Shown: piece after piece, positions 8,530 to 16,750 of the stretch
Numbering within the stretch: the stretch's first letter is position 1
How the letters are laid out: each line of letters opens with the position of its first letter
Virus record (IMG/VR): IMGVR_UViG_3300046804_004006
Location: 1-64,000 of that record
DNA: 64,000 nt
Direction: 5' to 3' (one strand)
DNA from: a virus
The notes under the pieces: generated by a model
Databases searched by the model: none
What the model was told of the DNA's origin: nothing
What the model saw: the letters and a program-made list of their open reading frames with translations, nothing else
Position numbers and translations under genes: made by a program

Positions 8530-8752
8530 ATGTTCATCAAGTCAAAGGAGGTTCTAATGTATTGCAATGAACTGATGCTTCACGACGATTATCAATCTTT
8601 TGCTGAGAACTATCTTGGTATTGATTATGAAGACTATGTTGAAATGTTGAGTGAAATTGAACTTCCCGATGATGAGTTTGTCCTTGAAAATGGTCTAAGT
8701 TTTTAATTATTATGGGAATGTGTTTGCCCTAAAGTTACACATTTGCCGTGGT

Positions 8753-8800
8753 TCAACTACTCTTAATAAAAGCAGTGGGGCATTTATTAAGAGTAGTTGA
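8753..8800. repeat. perfect 18-bp inverted repeat (hairpin) upstream of tRNA
   Basis: TCAACTACTCTTAATAAA-12 nt-TTTATTAAGAGTAGTTGA. Confidence 0.85.
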
Positions 8801-8825
8801 TTTAGATTCACAACCTCATGGCATT

Positions 8826-8896
8826 GGGGAATTAGTTTAGTGGTAAAACAGGTGCTTTGCAAGCATCAATCACCAGTTCGACTCTGGTATTCTCCA
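8826..8896 (+). tRNA. tRNA-Ala (TGC)
   Basis: Acceptor stem GGGGAAT/ATTCTCC with G3:U70, anticodon loop TT-TGC-AA, T-loop GTTCGAC; CCA not encoded. Confidence 0.92.
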
Positions 8897-8938
8897 TTGG
8901 GAATTAACCTTCCCAAACATTCACTTGAATTCTTTATT

Positions 8939-9124
8939 ATGTCCACCAAACTGATTGCTCTTGCTGCTGAACTCGTTGACACCAACCCTGCTGCTGCTCA
9001 ACTGATTTCTAGTCTGGATAAAGCAGAGTCTTCTGTTGAGATTGTGGAAGCACTGGATGCTTATGATGCTGCAGTTGCTGTTGTGAATAGTGCTCAACCG
9101 ACTCTGGAACCTGTTGATTTTTGA
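8939..9124 (+). CDS. small acidic Ala-rich protein
   Basis: True ATG lies after the tRNA (MSTKLIALAAELVD...). Confidence 0.65.
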   Translation: MSTKLIALAAELVDTNPAAAQLISSLDKAESSVEIVEALDAYDAAVAVVNSAQPTLEPVDF

Positions 9125-9150
9125 TTTTTAGTTCTTTATTTGATATATGG

Positions 9151-9209
9151 TGTGCCACTTCTTTTAGTGGCACACTATTTTTGCGTAGGTGCTATGGACC
9201 TGCTATGAT
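9151..9209 (+). promoter_or_regulatory. inverted-repeat early promoter element 9
   Basis: TGTGCCAC-TTCTTTTA-GTGGCACA (9151-9174); TTGCGT-N17-TATGAT. Confidence 0.8.
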
Positions 9210-9422
9210 TAACGGAGTTCACAAGGAAAAATGACACTAACTTCCCTAACTTTTGAGGAGATTGATGCTCTCCTCTCTTTGATTGAATTTCACGACGATT
9301 GGGAGTTTGTGAGTGAGCGTGTTGGTACTGATCTCAATGCTATGTATGAGAAACTTAGTGAAATGAGAGATGAAGTTTGATTGATTATATCCTGAAGGTT
9401 TTTTAATTTTTAATTTCTTACT

Positions 9423-10655
9423 ATGCAGTTTTATCCCTACCAGCAACGTGCGATTGATGCAATCAAGCAGCACAGTAAAGGTTGTTGCTATATTCCCACT
9501 GGTGGTGGTAAATCGGTTGTGATGATGCAGGATGCAAAGGACCGCATCCTTTCTGCACAACAACCTATGACTGTAGTTGTAGTCTCTCCGCGTATTCTTC
9601 TCACCAATCAACTCTGTGCAGAGTTTGAGGAATACCTGAAAGACTTTGATATTCAATATACCGAAGTTCACAGTGGAGAAACTCATAACTTCTCTACGAC
9701 CAAACCCTATGCGATTCAACAACGCAATCAGGAAGTAATCGCATCGGGTTCTCATCACTTTATCTTCACCACTTACAATTCTATTCATCGCATCAACGAA
9801 TCTCAAATTGAGGTGAATGTTGTATATTTTGATGAGGCGCACCATTGTGTGAAGAAGTCGAACTTTGTGGGTATTGCTCACACTTCGCAGAACGCAGATA
9901 ACGCTTATTTCTTCACTGCAACTCCCAAAATTGATAACTCTCAACAGTCGATGAATAATACTGTTGTGTATGGACAGAAGATTATTTCTGTCCCTGCCAC
10001 AGAACTGATTGCTGCTGGTAGTATCATTCCTCCTCAAGTGATCTCTTATGAGGCAGAGTCTATCCGCACAAAGGAGAACGCACACTTTGTCGATGCAGAG
10101 AATATCCTTGGTATTCTCAATGATATTGAGGATGATGTAACCCCCAAAGTTCTTGTTGCTTCTCCTAGCACCAAAGTCATTTGGAATATGTTTGCGGAGA
10201 GTGATTTGCTCAATGAACTCGAAGCAATGGGATTTGCTGTGTTTCATATCACTGCAAAACACGGTGCTTATGTAAACAAAAAGAAAGTCTCCCGTGAGAA
10301 GTTCTTTGAGTTGATGAATGAATATGGAAATGACCCTGACCAAAAGATGATCGTGTTTCATTACTCTATTCTCAGTGAGGGTATCAATGTTCACGGTTTG
10401 ACGCATTGTATTATGCTTCGCAATCTGCCGTGGATTGAAATGTGCCAAACGATTGGTCGAGTTGTGCGTATGCACCGCGATGACCGTAAAGCAATTCAGG
10501 AAGGTAAGATTGCAGCGGGTAATTACCAGTTCTACAAGAAGTCCTTTGGCAAGATTGTTGTTCCTGTGAGCAACAACTATGGTGATAAGATTGCCAATCA
10601 ACTCCAGAATGTTGTTAATGCTGTCTTCGTGAAAGGGGAACTCTCTGCTACATAA
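9423..10655 (+). CDS. superfamily II DEAH-box helicase (ResIII-like)
   Basis: Walker A PTGGGKS, DEAHH, TATP, LSEGIN, QTIGRVVR motifs. Confidence 0.9.
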   Translation: MQFYPYQQRAIDAIKQHSKGCCYIPTGGGKSVVMMQDAKDRILSAQQPMTVVVVSPRILLTNQLCAEFEEYLKDFDIQYTEVHSGETHNFSTTKPYAIQQRNQEVIASGSHHFIFTTYNSIHRINESQIEVNVVYFDEAHHCVKKSNFVGIAHTSQNADNAYFFTATPKIDNSQQSMNNTVVYGQKIISVPATELIAAGSIIPPQVISYEAESIRTKENAHFVDAENILGILNDIEDDVTPKVLVASPSTKVIWNMFAESDLLNELEAMGFAVFHITAKHGAYVNKKKVSREKFFELMNEYGNDPDQKMIVFHYSILSEGINVHGLTHCIMLRNLPWIEMCQTIGRVVRMHRDDRKAIQEGKIAAGNYQFYKKSFGKIVVPVSNNYGDKIANQLQNVVNAVFVKGELSAT

Positions 10656-10685
10656 TTTACAAATCACTTGAGACTACTGTGAGAC

Positions 10686-10744
10686 TGTGCCACTTGTAGC
10701 GGTGGCACAGTAAAGTCCCGCAGACCCCCCAGATGCCCTATAAT
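10686..10744 (+). promoter_or_regulatory. inverted-repeat early promoter element 10
   Basis: TGTGCCAC-TTGTAGCG-GTGGCACA (10686-10709), 29 nt, then TATAAT. Confidence 0.85.
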
Positions 10745-10768
10745 ACAGAGACACAAGCAAAGGAGACT

Positions 10769-10972
10769 ATGCAAACCACTCTCATTCCTAATTTTACTTA
10801 TGATGAGGAAAGTGATCTTCTTGCTGCTGCATTTCATTCTGTTGCTTATATGAAGCAACTTGCTGATGATAGTGTTGATAATAAAGATTATTGGATGCAA
10901 CGTGCAGAAAGTCTTGAAAAGGTTGCAGTTAAACTGAACGAAGAAGTTCGCAATTTCTATTACAACAAATGA
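10769..10972 (+). CDS. hypothetical protein
   Basis: AGGAG ribosome site before ATG 10769. Confidence 0.7.
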   Translation: MQTTLIPNFTYDEESDLLAAAFHSVAYMKQLADDSVDNKDYWMQRAESLEKVAVKLNEEVRNFYYNK

Positions 10973-11172
10973 CTACCATTTCATTTACATCAGGGCAGAT
11001 TCTAGATATTATCTCTGCTCTTGAAGAAAAAGAAGATGCACTCTACGATGCAGATAATAAACACCTTGCTGCCTACTATATGAATATGGGGGCACAGTTC
11101 CAACGTGTTTATGATAGGTTGCAGGATGTAGTGCCTGAGAAACGTGTTGCTAACCTTGTTCTTGCTGCTTGA
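10969..11172 (+). CDS. hypothetical protein
   Basis: Overlap-coupled 67-aa ORF. Confidence 0.7.
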   Translation: MTTISFTSGQILDIISALEEKEDALYDADNKHLAAYYMNMGAQFQRVYDRLQDVVPEKRVANLVLAA

Positions 11173-11174
11173 TT

Positions 11175-11438
11175 ATGACTACTTCCAATCTTTCTAAAAT
11201 CAAACCCAAACTCCGCACTCAAGGTGTTGTTTCTGGAAATTTTGGTAAAGCAAAAGTAAAGGCAGGTTCACCTCTGCGTGAGATTGGTGTAACCAATGCT
11301 AAGGTAGTTAAAGTCAACACGCAAGATGAGTATTTGGGTCGTCTTTATACTGCATTTGATGCAACTGATGATGAGAAACTGAAAAAGTTCATTTATCAAC
11401 AAATTCGCAACATTCATATTCAACGGGGGACTTGGTGA
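11175..11438 (+). CDS. hypothetical protein
   Basis: SKIKPKLRTQG..SGNFGK.KVKAGS cyanophage-type pattern. Confidence 0.7.
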   Translation: MTTSNLSKIKPKLRTQGVVSGNFGKAKVKAGSPLREIGVTNAKVVKVNTQDEYLGRLYTAFDATDDEKLKKFIYQQIRNIHIQRGTW

Positions 11439-11605
11439 TGACTGGAATACAAATCGAATGTGAAATCCAAAAATCAGTTAAGCAACATCTGCTTGATTGT
11501 ATGCAACGACCAGAGTATATTAACTATCCTCACTACGACCTCATAGCAGATTACACCGCAAAGATTAAAAAGATAGATGAGTTCCTAGAGGAGTTTGATA
11601 GGTGA

Positions 11606-11664
11606 TGTGCCACTTGTTCTAGTGGCACAGTAAAAGAGCACGGGGGCACTGGATGCCCTATAAT
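11606..11664 (+). promoter_or_regulatory. inverted-repeat early promoter element 11
   Basis: TGTGCCAC-TTGTTCTA-GTGGCACA (11606-11629), 29 nt, then TATAAT. Confidence 0.85.
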
Positions 11665-11700
11665 ACCAAAACACAAGCAAAGGAAACCAACTGATTGATT

Positions 11701-11958
11701 ATGACACTCACTCAAGACCAATACGATCAACTGCTCGCAAAATACTGTGAATCGCTTGTTGATGGTATGGACATGGATAGTTTGATTGAATTTGCGATGG
11801 ATCAGATTGAGATTAACATTCGACGCAATTGTTCTCTGGATGAAGAACTGATTGAAGAAATAGGTCGTTATTATGATGAGAGTGATGTTGCTTCGATGAT
11901 TGAAGATGTCGGTGCAAATCCTGCTGACTTTGGTATTAAAAACTGGTTGGATGATTGA
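11701..11958 (+). CDS. acidic hypothetical protein (paralog of 15665-15850)
   Basis: DQL..Y...VD.M....DEELIEEI..YY motif shared with ORF 15665. Confidence 0.7.
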   Translation: MTLTQDQYDQLLAKYCESLVDGMDMDSLIEFAMDQIEINIRRNCSLDEELIEEIGRYYDESDVASMIEDVGANPADFGIKNWLDD

Positions 11959-11960
11959 TT

Positions 11961-12140
11961 ATGACTTATAGGGAACTTCTTTCTAAACTTCAATCTTTCA
12001 CAGATAATCAACTGGATAATGAAATCCTTGTGTATAACTATGAGGATAATGTATTCTTTGATGATGGAACAGAACTTCGCATTAGTGTGAATGAAGTTCC
12101 TGGTTTTATTTCTAAAGACATTCCTTATCTGGTAGTTTGA
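11961..12140 (+). CDS. small acidic protein
   Basis: MTYRELLSKLQSFTDNQLD... ORF. Confidence 0.65.
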   Translation: MTYRELLSKLQSFTDNQLDNEILVYNYEDNVFFDDGTELRISVNEVPGFISKDIPYLVV

Positions 12141-12142
12141 TT

Positions 12143-12406
12143 ATGTCTATCACCTCAATCGAAAGTATTTCCTTCGACGGAACATATGTAACAGTCACTG
12201 CTGTTGTAGAAGATGTAGTCCTCACCTATACTGGAAGTTATTATGACCCACCAGAATATGGACCTGCATTGTGTAGTTCCACCTTTGAGTTGGAAGAGGA
12301 TGAAACACTGCCAACTGATGATGTTGAACTATTGAAATACATTCGGTCTCGTGATTTAGATTGGGAAGTGATGGAGAGTGATTATGATTACGATGATTAT
12401 GCTTGA
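12143..12406 (+). CDS. acidic hypothetical protein
   Basis: ...YYDPPEYGPALC... ORF. Confidence 0.7.
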   Translation: MSITSIESISFDGTYVTVTAVVEDVVLTYTGSYYDPPEYGPALCSSTFELEEDETLPTDDVELLKYIRSRDLDWEVMESDYDYDDYA

Positions 12407-12419
12407 TTCTTGATGCCCT

Positions 12420-12478
12420 TGTGCCACTTGTTCTTGTGACACAATAAACTCCCGCAGGGGCAGCAGATGCCCTATAAT
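12420..12478 (+). promoter_or_regulatory. inverted-repeat early promoter element 12
   Basis: TGTGCCAC-TTGTTCTT-GTGACACA (12420-12443), 29 nt, then TATAAT. Confidence 0.85.
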
Positions 12479-12504
12479 ACAGAGACACAAGCAAAGGAGA
12501 CTAA

Positions 12505-12735
12505 ATGACTGAAGCATCCCTAGTTCCTAATAGTTTTGCCCGACAGTGGATTGAAGACCATTTTGTTTGTGCTGGTGGTCAATCTGCTGCTGGTGCAAAT
12601 ATGGTGCAACTTGCAGAAGATGGTGTAATCTCTTGGGAAGATATTGCACGGGCATTTATCTATGATGCAGATGAAACTGCAAAGTATAATGCTTTTGTGC
12701 GTGTAGCAGAATGGCAACAATATACTCCTGTGTGA
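12505..12735 (+). CDS. hypothetical protein
   Basis: AGGAG ribosome site, 76 aa. Confidence 0.7.
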   Translation: MTEASLVPNSFARQWIEDHFVCAGGQSAAGANMVQLAEDGVISWEDIARAFIYDADETAKYNAFVRVAEWQQYTPV

Positions 12736-12878
12736 ATGGCAAAAACACTTACATTCAAGAAACCAAATAAAATGCGATTGATTCTCTTTTGTTTCATTGT
12801 TGCTTTTATTTGTTCTCCAGGTGTGAGGAATCTTACAGCAAACACACTTTATACTGTCGCAGACATTATTTCTACTAA

Positions 12879-13064
12879 ATGAAAACTATGCTTGATAAAG
12901 TCCTGATGGTTGAAGAACTGCTCAACGAGAAGCAACTTAATGCTCTTCGTGATATGCTTTTTGTGTATAAAGATTTGCAAAAAGAAGTTCATAACTATCC
13001 TCCAGAGGATACTCTATTCACTCAATCTCAACGTGAAGTTTTCGACATTTTTGACATCAAATGA
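12879..13064 (+). CDS. hypothetical protein
   Basis: 61-aa ORF in operon. Confidence 0.6.
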   Translation: MKTMLDKVLMVEELLNEKQLNALRDMLFVYKDLQKEVHNYPPEDTLFTQSQREVFDIFDIK

Positions 13065-13261
13065 CTTTTATTGAAGGACTCATTGCATCTGGTTATGTTT
13101 ATGATGATGAAGATTATGATGGTTGTTATGTGAAACAAGATTCGGAAGGTTTCATACACTGCTATCAGGAAAATGTGGATGATGAAACTGATACTCTCTG
13201 GAATTATGTGAAGATGACTGATGATTTTGATGTAATCACAGAAAAGACCTTTATTCCTTAG
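13061..13261 (+). CDS. small acidic protein
   Basis: ATGA-coupled, D/E-rich. Confidence 0.65.
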   Translation: MTFIEGLIASGYVYDDEDYDGCYVKQDSEGFIHCYQENVDDETDTLWNYVKMTDDFDVITEKTFIP

Positions 13262-13266
13262 TGCGA

Positions 13267-13324
13267 TGTGCCACTTGTTCTAGTGGCACACTAAATGAGC
13301 ACAGACCCCAAAATGTGGTATTCT
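13267..13324 (+). promoter_or_regulatory. inverted-repeat early promoter element 13
   Basis: TGTGCCAC-TTGTTCTA-GTGGCACA (13267-13290), 28 nt, then TGG-TATTCT. Confidence 0.8.
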
Positions 13325-13374
13325 TAAAGGGTGGAGGGAGTAAGTCCCACCCAAGTCCCATTCTTTATTCTTTC

Positions 13375-14049
13375 ATGGACCGTCAGCAAGTTATTGCTAA
13401 AATCCAGTCTATTCTCAAACTGCAGAATGGAACTGACTTTGAGGGTGAGGCATCTGCTGCTGCACAGATGATTGATAAACTGTGCAAACAGTATGGAATC
13501 ACCGTCGATGAGGCAACAGAAACTCAAGTTTATGATGAAGAGTTTTCTTCATTCAAGAGAGTTAATGCTGCACTCTCTCTGCTGCTTAATGCTGTCGCAA
13601 ACTTCTATGATGCTAAAGCATACCTGAAGAATGGTGATACTAAATCACTTCAAGTCATTGGTAGTGAAGCACAACAAATTCAAGTGCGACTCTATTATGA
13701 TTACCTGGTGCAGGTGATGGAGAAAGAAGCAGAAGTTGCACATAAAGCAGAGAAAGTTCTTGCTGAAACTCTGGGCACTTCTGTTTCCCGTTCCTTCAAG
13801 TTGAACTTCCGCAAGGCATTTGCAGAAAAAGTTGCAGACCGTCTGCGTGAAATGAAAAAGGAAGAGAACCGAGTTCATGATGATGCAGAGGCAGTTGATA
13901 AGAAACTCTCCACGATGCGATTTGGACGTGCAAAACGTATGAATGGTGCAAGTGGTGCTGGTGCTTATTCTGGTGCAAACGTCGGTGCTGGTGTATCTCT
14001 AAACCGTCAAGCATCGGGTTCTGTGACTAAACAACTCTGCGGGGTGTGA
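13375..14049 (+). CDS. DUF2786-domain protein
   Basis: KIQSILKL....EGEASAAAQMIDKLCKQYGI N-terminal DUF2786 pattern; ...FRKAFAEKVADRL. Confidence 0.75.
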   Translation: MDRQQVIAKIQSILKLQNGTDFEGEASAAAQMIDKLCKQYGITVDEATETQVYDEEFSSFKRVNAALSLLLNAVANFYDAKAYLKNGDTKSLQVIGSEAQQIQVRLYYDYLVQVMEKEAEVAHKAEKVLAETLGTSVSRSFKLNFRKAFAEKVADRLREMKKEENRVHDDAEAVDKKLSTMRFGRAKRMNGASGAGAYSGANVGAGVSLNRQASGSVTKQLCGV

Positions 14050-14094
14050 GTTAATCTCACCCCTTTTTTACTTTATTCTTTTCTCCCTACGATT

Positions 14095-14424
14095 ATGACT
14101 ACTAATTTCTCTGTTGATGACTGCAAAGTTTTGTGGGTGGTAGGGGCACTCGAACGTCTTGCAACTCTGGGTGTGTTGAATAGTGATGTTCCACTCACTC
14201 TTACACAAGATGCAATCGACGATTACATTTCGATTGATAATGACCGTCAGTATTTGTTTGAGAGTGATTTTGAGATTGCACAAATCTTTCGGGCAGTTGC
14301 AAATGTGAGTAATGAACGTGATGTTGATGAAGATGATATGTGTAGTGTGATTGAACTTCTGCTTCACTATAAGAATGACCGTGAAGAACTTGTGAAATAT
14401 GCACTCTCACAATCATTTGTGTGA
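14095..14424 (+). CDS. hypothetical protein
   Basis: 109-aa ORF. Confidence 0.7.
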   Translation: MTTNFSVDDCKVLWVVGALERLATLGVLNSDVPLTLTQDAIDDYISIDNDRQYLFESDFEIAQIFRAVANVSNERDVDEDDMCSVIELLLHYKNDREELVKYALSQSFV

Positions 14425-14627
14425 TGTGTTAGAATCATCCTATTATGGAGAATCAAAATGTTTGATGTTCAACTCACACAAGAGGAAATAAACACTATTC
14501 TTCAAGGACTTTTTATTCTTGAAGACCAAGAATGGTTCAGGGGTCATAGTAAAACAGAACCCTTGATTGAGAAGTTTAATCAATTTCTCCCTGACAATAA
14601 TCAAGAAACTCTTTGACACTAAAGATT

Positions 14628-14948
14628 ATGAATCGTCAAGTCATCAACTATCCCGAAACTCAAGAAGAATGGGATAATCTCCCTCAAGATTTTTTTGATT
14701 ATCTTAATGTTTTGGATGAGGCAAAAAGTATCAAAGCAGAACATACAAATAATCCAGTAGACCCACTCTATCCTACTTACGATTATGAGTGGGAACTTGA
14801 TGGTAAACTCTCATTGGAGACTATTCTTTATTATTGGAATCAAGTCGATAAAGAACTTCCTTCTAATGATGAAATCCTTGATGGAATCAACGAAGGATAT
14901 GCAGAGGCAGCATATGATGATTATGTAAGTTCTGCATATTCTTACTAA
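14628..14948 (+). CDS. acidic hypothetical protein
   Basis: D/E/Y-rich ORF. Confidence 0.65.
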   Translation: MNRQVINYPETQEEWDNLPQDFFDYLNVLDEAKSIKAEHTNNPVDPLYPTYDYEWELDGKLSLETILYYWNQVDKELPSNDEILDGINEGYAEAAYDDYVSSAYSY

Positions 14949-14981
14949 CAGACATCATCTCAAGGTGAGTCTCTTATACTG

Positions 14982-15039
14982 TGTACCACTTGTTCTTGTG
15001 GCACACTAAAAGAGCACAGCGCCCAAAGGGTGCTATATT
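14982..15039 (+). promoter_or_regulatory. inverted-repeat early promoter element 14
   Basis: TGTACCAC-TTGTTCTT-GTGGCACA (14982-15005), 28 nt, then TGC-TATATT. Confidence 0.8.
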
Positions 15040-15149
15040 AAGAGGGTGGTGAGGGAGGTCCGTCAGTTTCGCACTGTCGGGTCTCTGGTCTGGAATGTTC
15101 TTTATAGAAATCCAGACACTCACTACTTACCTTCCTTATTCTCTACAAA

Positions 15150-15491
15150 ATGGAACTGACTAATTCTTTCCCCCCTGTCGATGCTCTTGTTGAGTTTAGC
15201 AACAAGAAACTCAAAGAGTTCGATTATGTCCAATTTGGTCAAAATGGGATTAAAACTGCCGCAACTTTTGCTGCTATTGTTGTTGGTGTTGTTTCCTATG
15301 TGTGGACTGCACTGCAACTGTGGTGGGAAGATAATGGTGAAGCAACGCAAGTCAATTTTATTCGCTTTGTTGTGAATGTAATTGATTTTATCGGCGCGAT
15401 TGTAACTGAAACTCCCAAAGTTTATCGTTGGGTACAACTGAATAGCAATCGCCTGATTGATTCTCTGTTCTTTCAAGTCGCCTTTAACTGA
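15150..15491 (+). CDS. membrane protein
   Basis: FPPVDAL...hydrophobic AATFAAIVVGVVSYVW. Confidence 0.7.
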   Translation: MELTNSFPPVDALVEFSNKKLKEFDYVQFGQNGIKTAATFAAIVVGVVSYVWTALQLWWEDNGEATQVNFIRFVVNVIDFIGAIVTETPKVYRWVQLNSNRLIDSLFFQVAFN

Positions 15492-15664
15492 TTATGCTCT
15501 ACAACATTAGAGTTGAGTTTAAGGATGGCACTGTTGATAAGTTTCAACGCAGAAGCAACATCAAACCTATTAACAGTGTAAAACTCAATGATAAGATTGC
15601 TAATGAGATTTTTCCGCGAGAGTGGAAAGAAATCTCCTCTCAACCTGTTTATTGATTATCGTAA

Positions 15665-15850
15665 ATGAGCACTAAAATGAACCGCGACCAACTGACTGAA
15701 GCATACGTTGATCGTATTCTTGATAATATGAGCACCAAAGATTTGATGCGAATTGTTGGTGATCAAATGGAAGAAAACCTCAGTTCTTATAGTGATGAAG
15801 AACTGATTAGTGAAATTACTGAATACTACCCTGAATTGCTTGGGGAGTGA
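15665..15850 (+). CDS. acidic hypothetical protein (paralog of 11701-11958)
   Basis: DQLTEAYVDRILDNM...SDEELISEITEYYPELL. Confidence 0.7.
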   Translation: MSTKMNRDQLTEAYVDRILDNMSTKDLMRIVGDQMEENLSSYSDEELISEITEYYPELLGE

Positions 15851-15857
15851 GAACTAA

Positions 15858-15917
15858 TGTGCCACTAATTCTTGTGGCACAATACACTCCCCAAACGTCC
15901 ACTGTCCCTGCTATGAT
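15858..15917 (+). promoter_or_regulatory. inverted-repeat early promoter element 15
   Basis: TGTGCCAC-TAATTCTT-GTGGCACA (15858-15881), 30 nt, then TGC-TATGAT. Confidence 0.8.
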
Positions 15918-15939
15918 GAACGGAGTTCATCAATCAACG

Positions 15940-16143
15940 ATGCTTTTTCTCACTTATCCCGATCACGGTTGTGTTTATACTCTTTCGCAAGAGGATGGTG
16001 ATGAACTCTATTATGCTCCCATTTATTCCAATGGGAATGTAAATCTTGAGGAGTTTGCTCCTGTAGATTTGGATTCTATTGATATGGATGAGATGGAAAT
16101 CTTTGATATTCGAAATCGCCTTGTGAAACTGAGTCAAGTCTAA
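15940..16143 (+). CDS. small acidic protein
   Basis: MLFLTYPDHGCVYTLSQEDGDELYYAPI... Confidence 0.65.
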   Translation: MLFLTYPDHGCVYTLSQEDGDELYYAPIYSNGNVNLEEFAPVDLDSIDMDEMEIFDIRNRLVKLSQV

Positions 16144-16187
16144 ATCCTCAGTTTCATTCTTTCACTCACTTTACTTTCTTTTTGATC

Positions 16188-16604
16188 ATGTCTGTTACTT
16201 TCACTGTGAACTACAAAGAAATCTACGGCACCGAGACTGTTGATAAAATTGATGAACTTCTTGAGAATAATTATGCTCTGGAAGACATCCTTGAGTTTAT
16301 TGATCAAAATTCAGAAGAAGACTTCCGCGACTATTATGAAGAGTATGTGACTGCTGGTGAAGATTATTCTTACGCAGCAGTCGATGCTTTTGTTGAAGAG
16401 TTTGGACTTGATTGTGTTTCCTCCTTCACCGATTCTTACCAAGGTGAGTATTCGAGTGAAGCAGAGTTTGCGGAACAGTTCTGCGATGACATGGGTTATG
16501 AAATCCCTGACTTTGTTGAAGTTGATTGGCAAGCAACTTTCGATCGCCAACTTCATTATGACTATTCCTATGTGAATGGTTATGTCTTCAACAAAAACTT
16601 CTGA
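16188..16604 (+). CDS. ArdA-like antirestriction (DNA-mimic) protein
   Basis: Very acidic; C-terminus YQGEYSSEAEFAEQF.DD.GYEIPDFVEVDWQA....L..DY matches the ArdA domain-3 pattern. Confidence 0.65.
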   Translation: MSVTFTVNYKEIYGTETVDKIDELLENNYALEDILEFIDQNSEEDFRDYYEEYVTAGEDYSYAAVDAFVEEFGLDCVSSFTDSYQGEYSSEAEFAEQFCDDMGYEIPDFVEVDWQATFDRQLHYDYSYVNGYVFNKNF

Positions 16605-16628
16605 TCTCAAGGTGAGTCGCTGATGCTG

Positions 16629-16686
16629 TGTGCCACTTGTACTGGTGGCACACTAAACGGGCACTGGCACTTTTTTATGGTAGATT
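16629..16686 (+). promoter_or_regulatory. inverted-repeat early promoter element 16
   Basis: TGTGCCAC-TTGTACTG-GTGGCACA (16629-16652), 28 nt, then TGG-TAGATT. Confidence 0.8.
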
Positions 16687-16750
16687 AAGAGGGTGGAGGG
16701 AGCGGGTCTCACCGTCCCGCCCCGAGTCCCATTGTTTATTCTTTTTAGAA

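Noticed and set aside
8840-8938. ORF-track N-terminal extension of 8840-9124
   Set aside because: Overlaps the tRNA-Ala; the real start is ATG 8939
9246-10667. 473-aa minus-strand ORF
   Set aside because: Exact antisense shadow of the helicase; no motifs or expression signals
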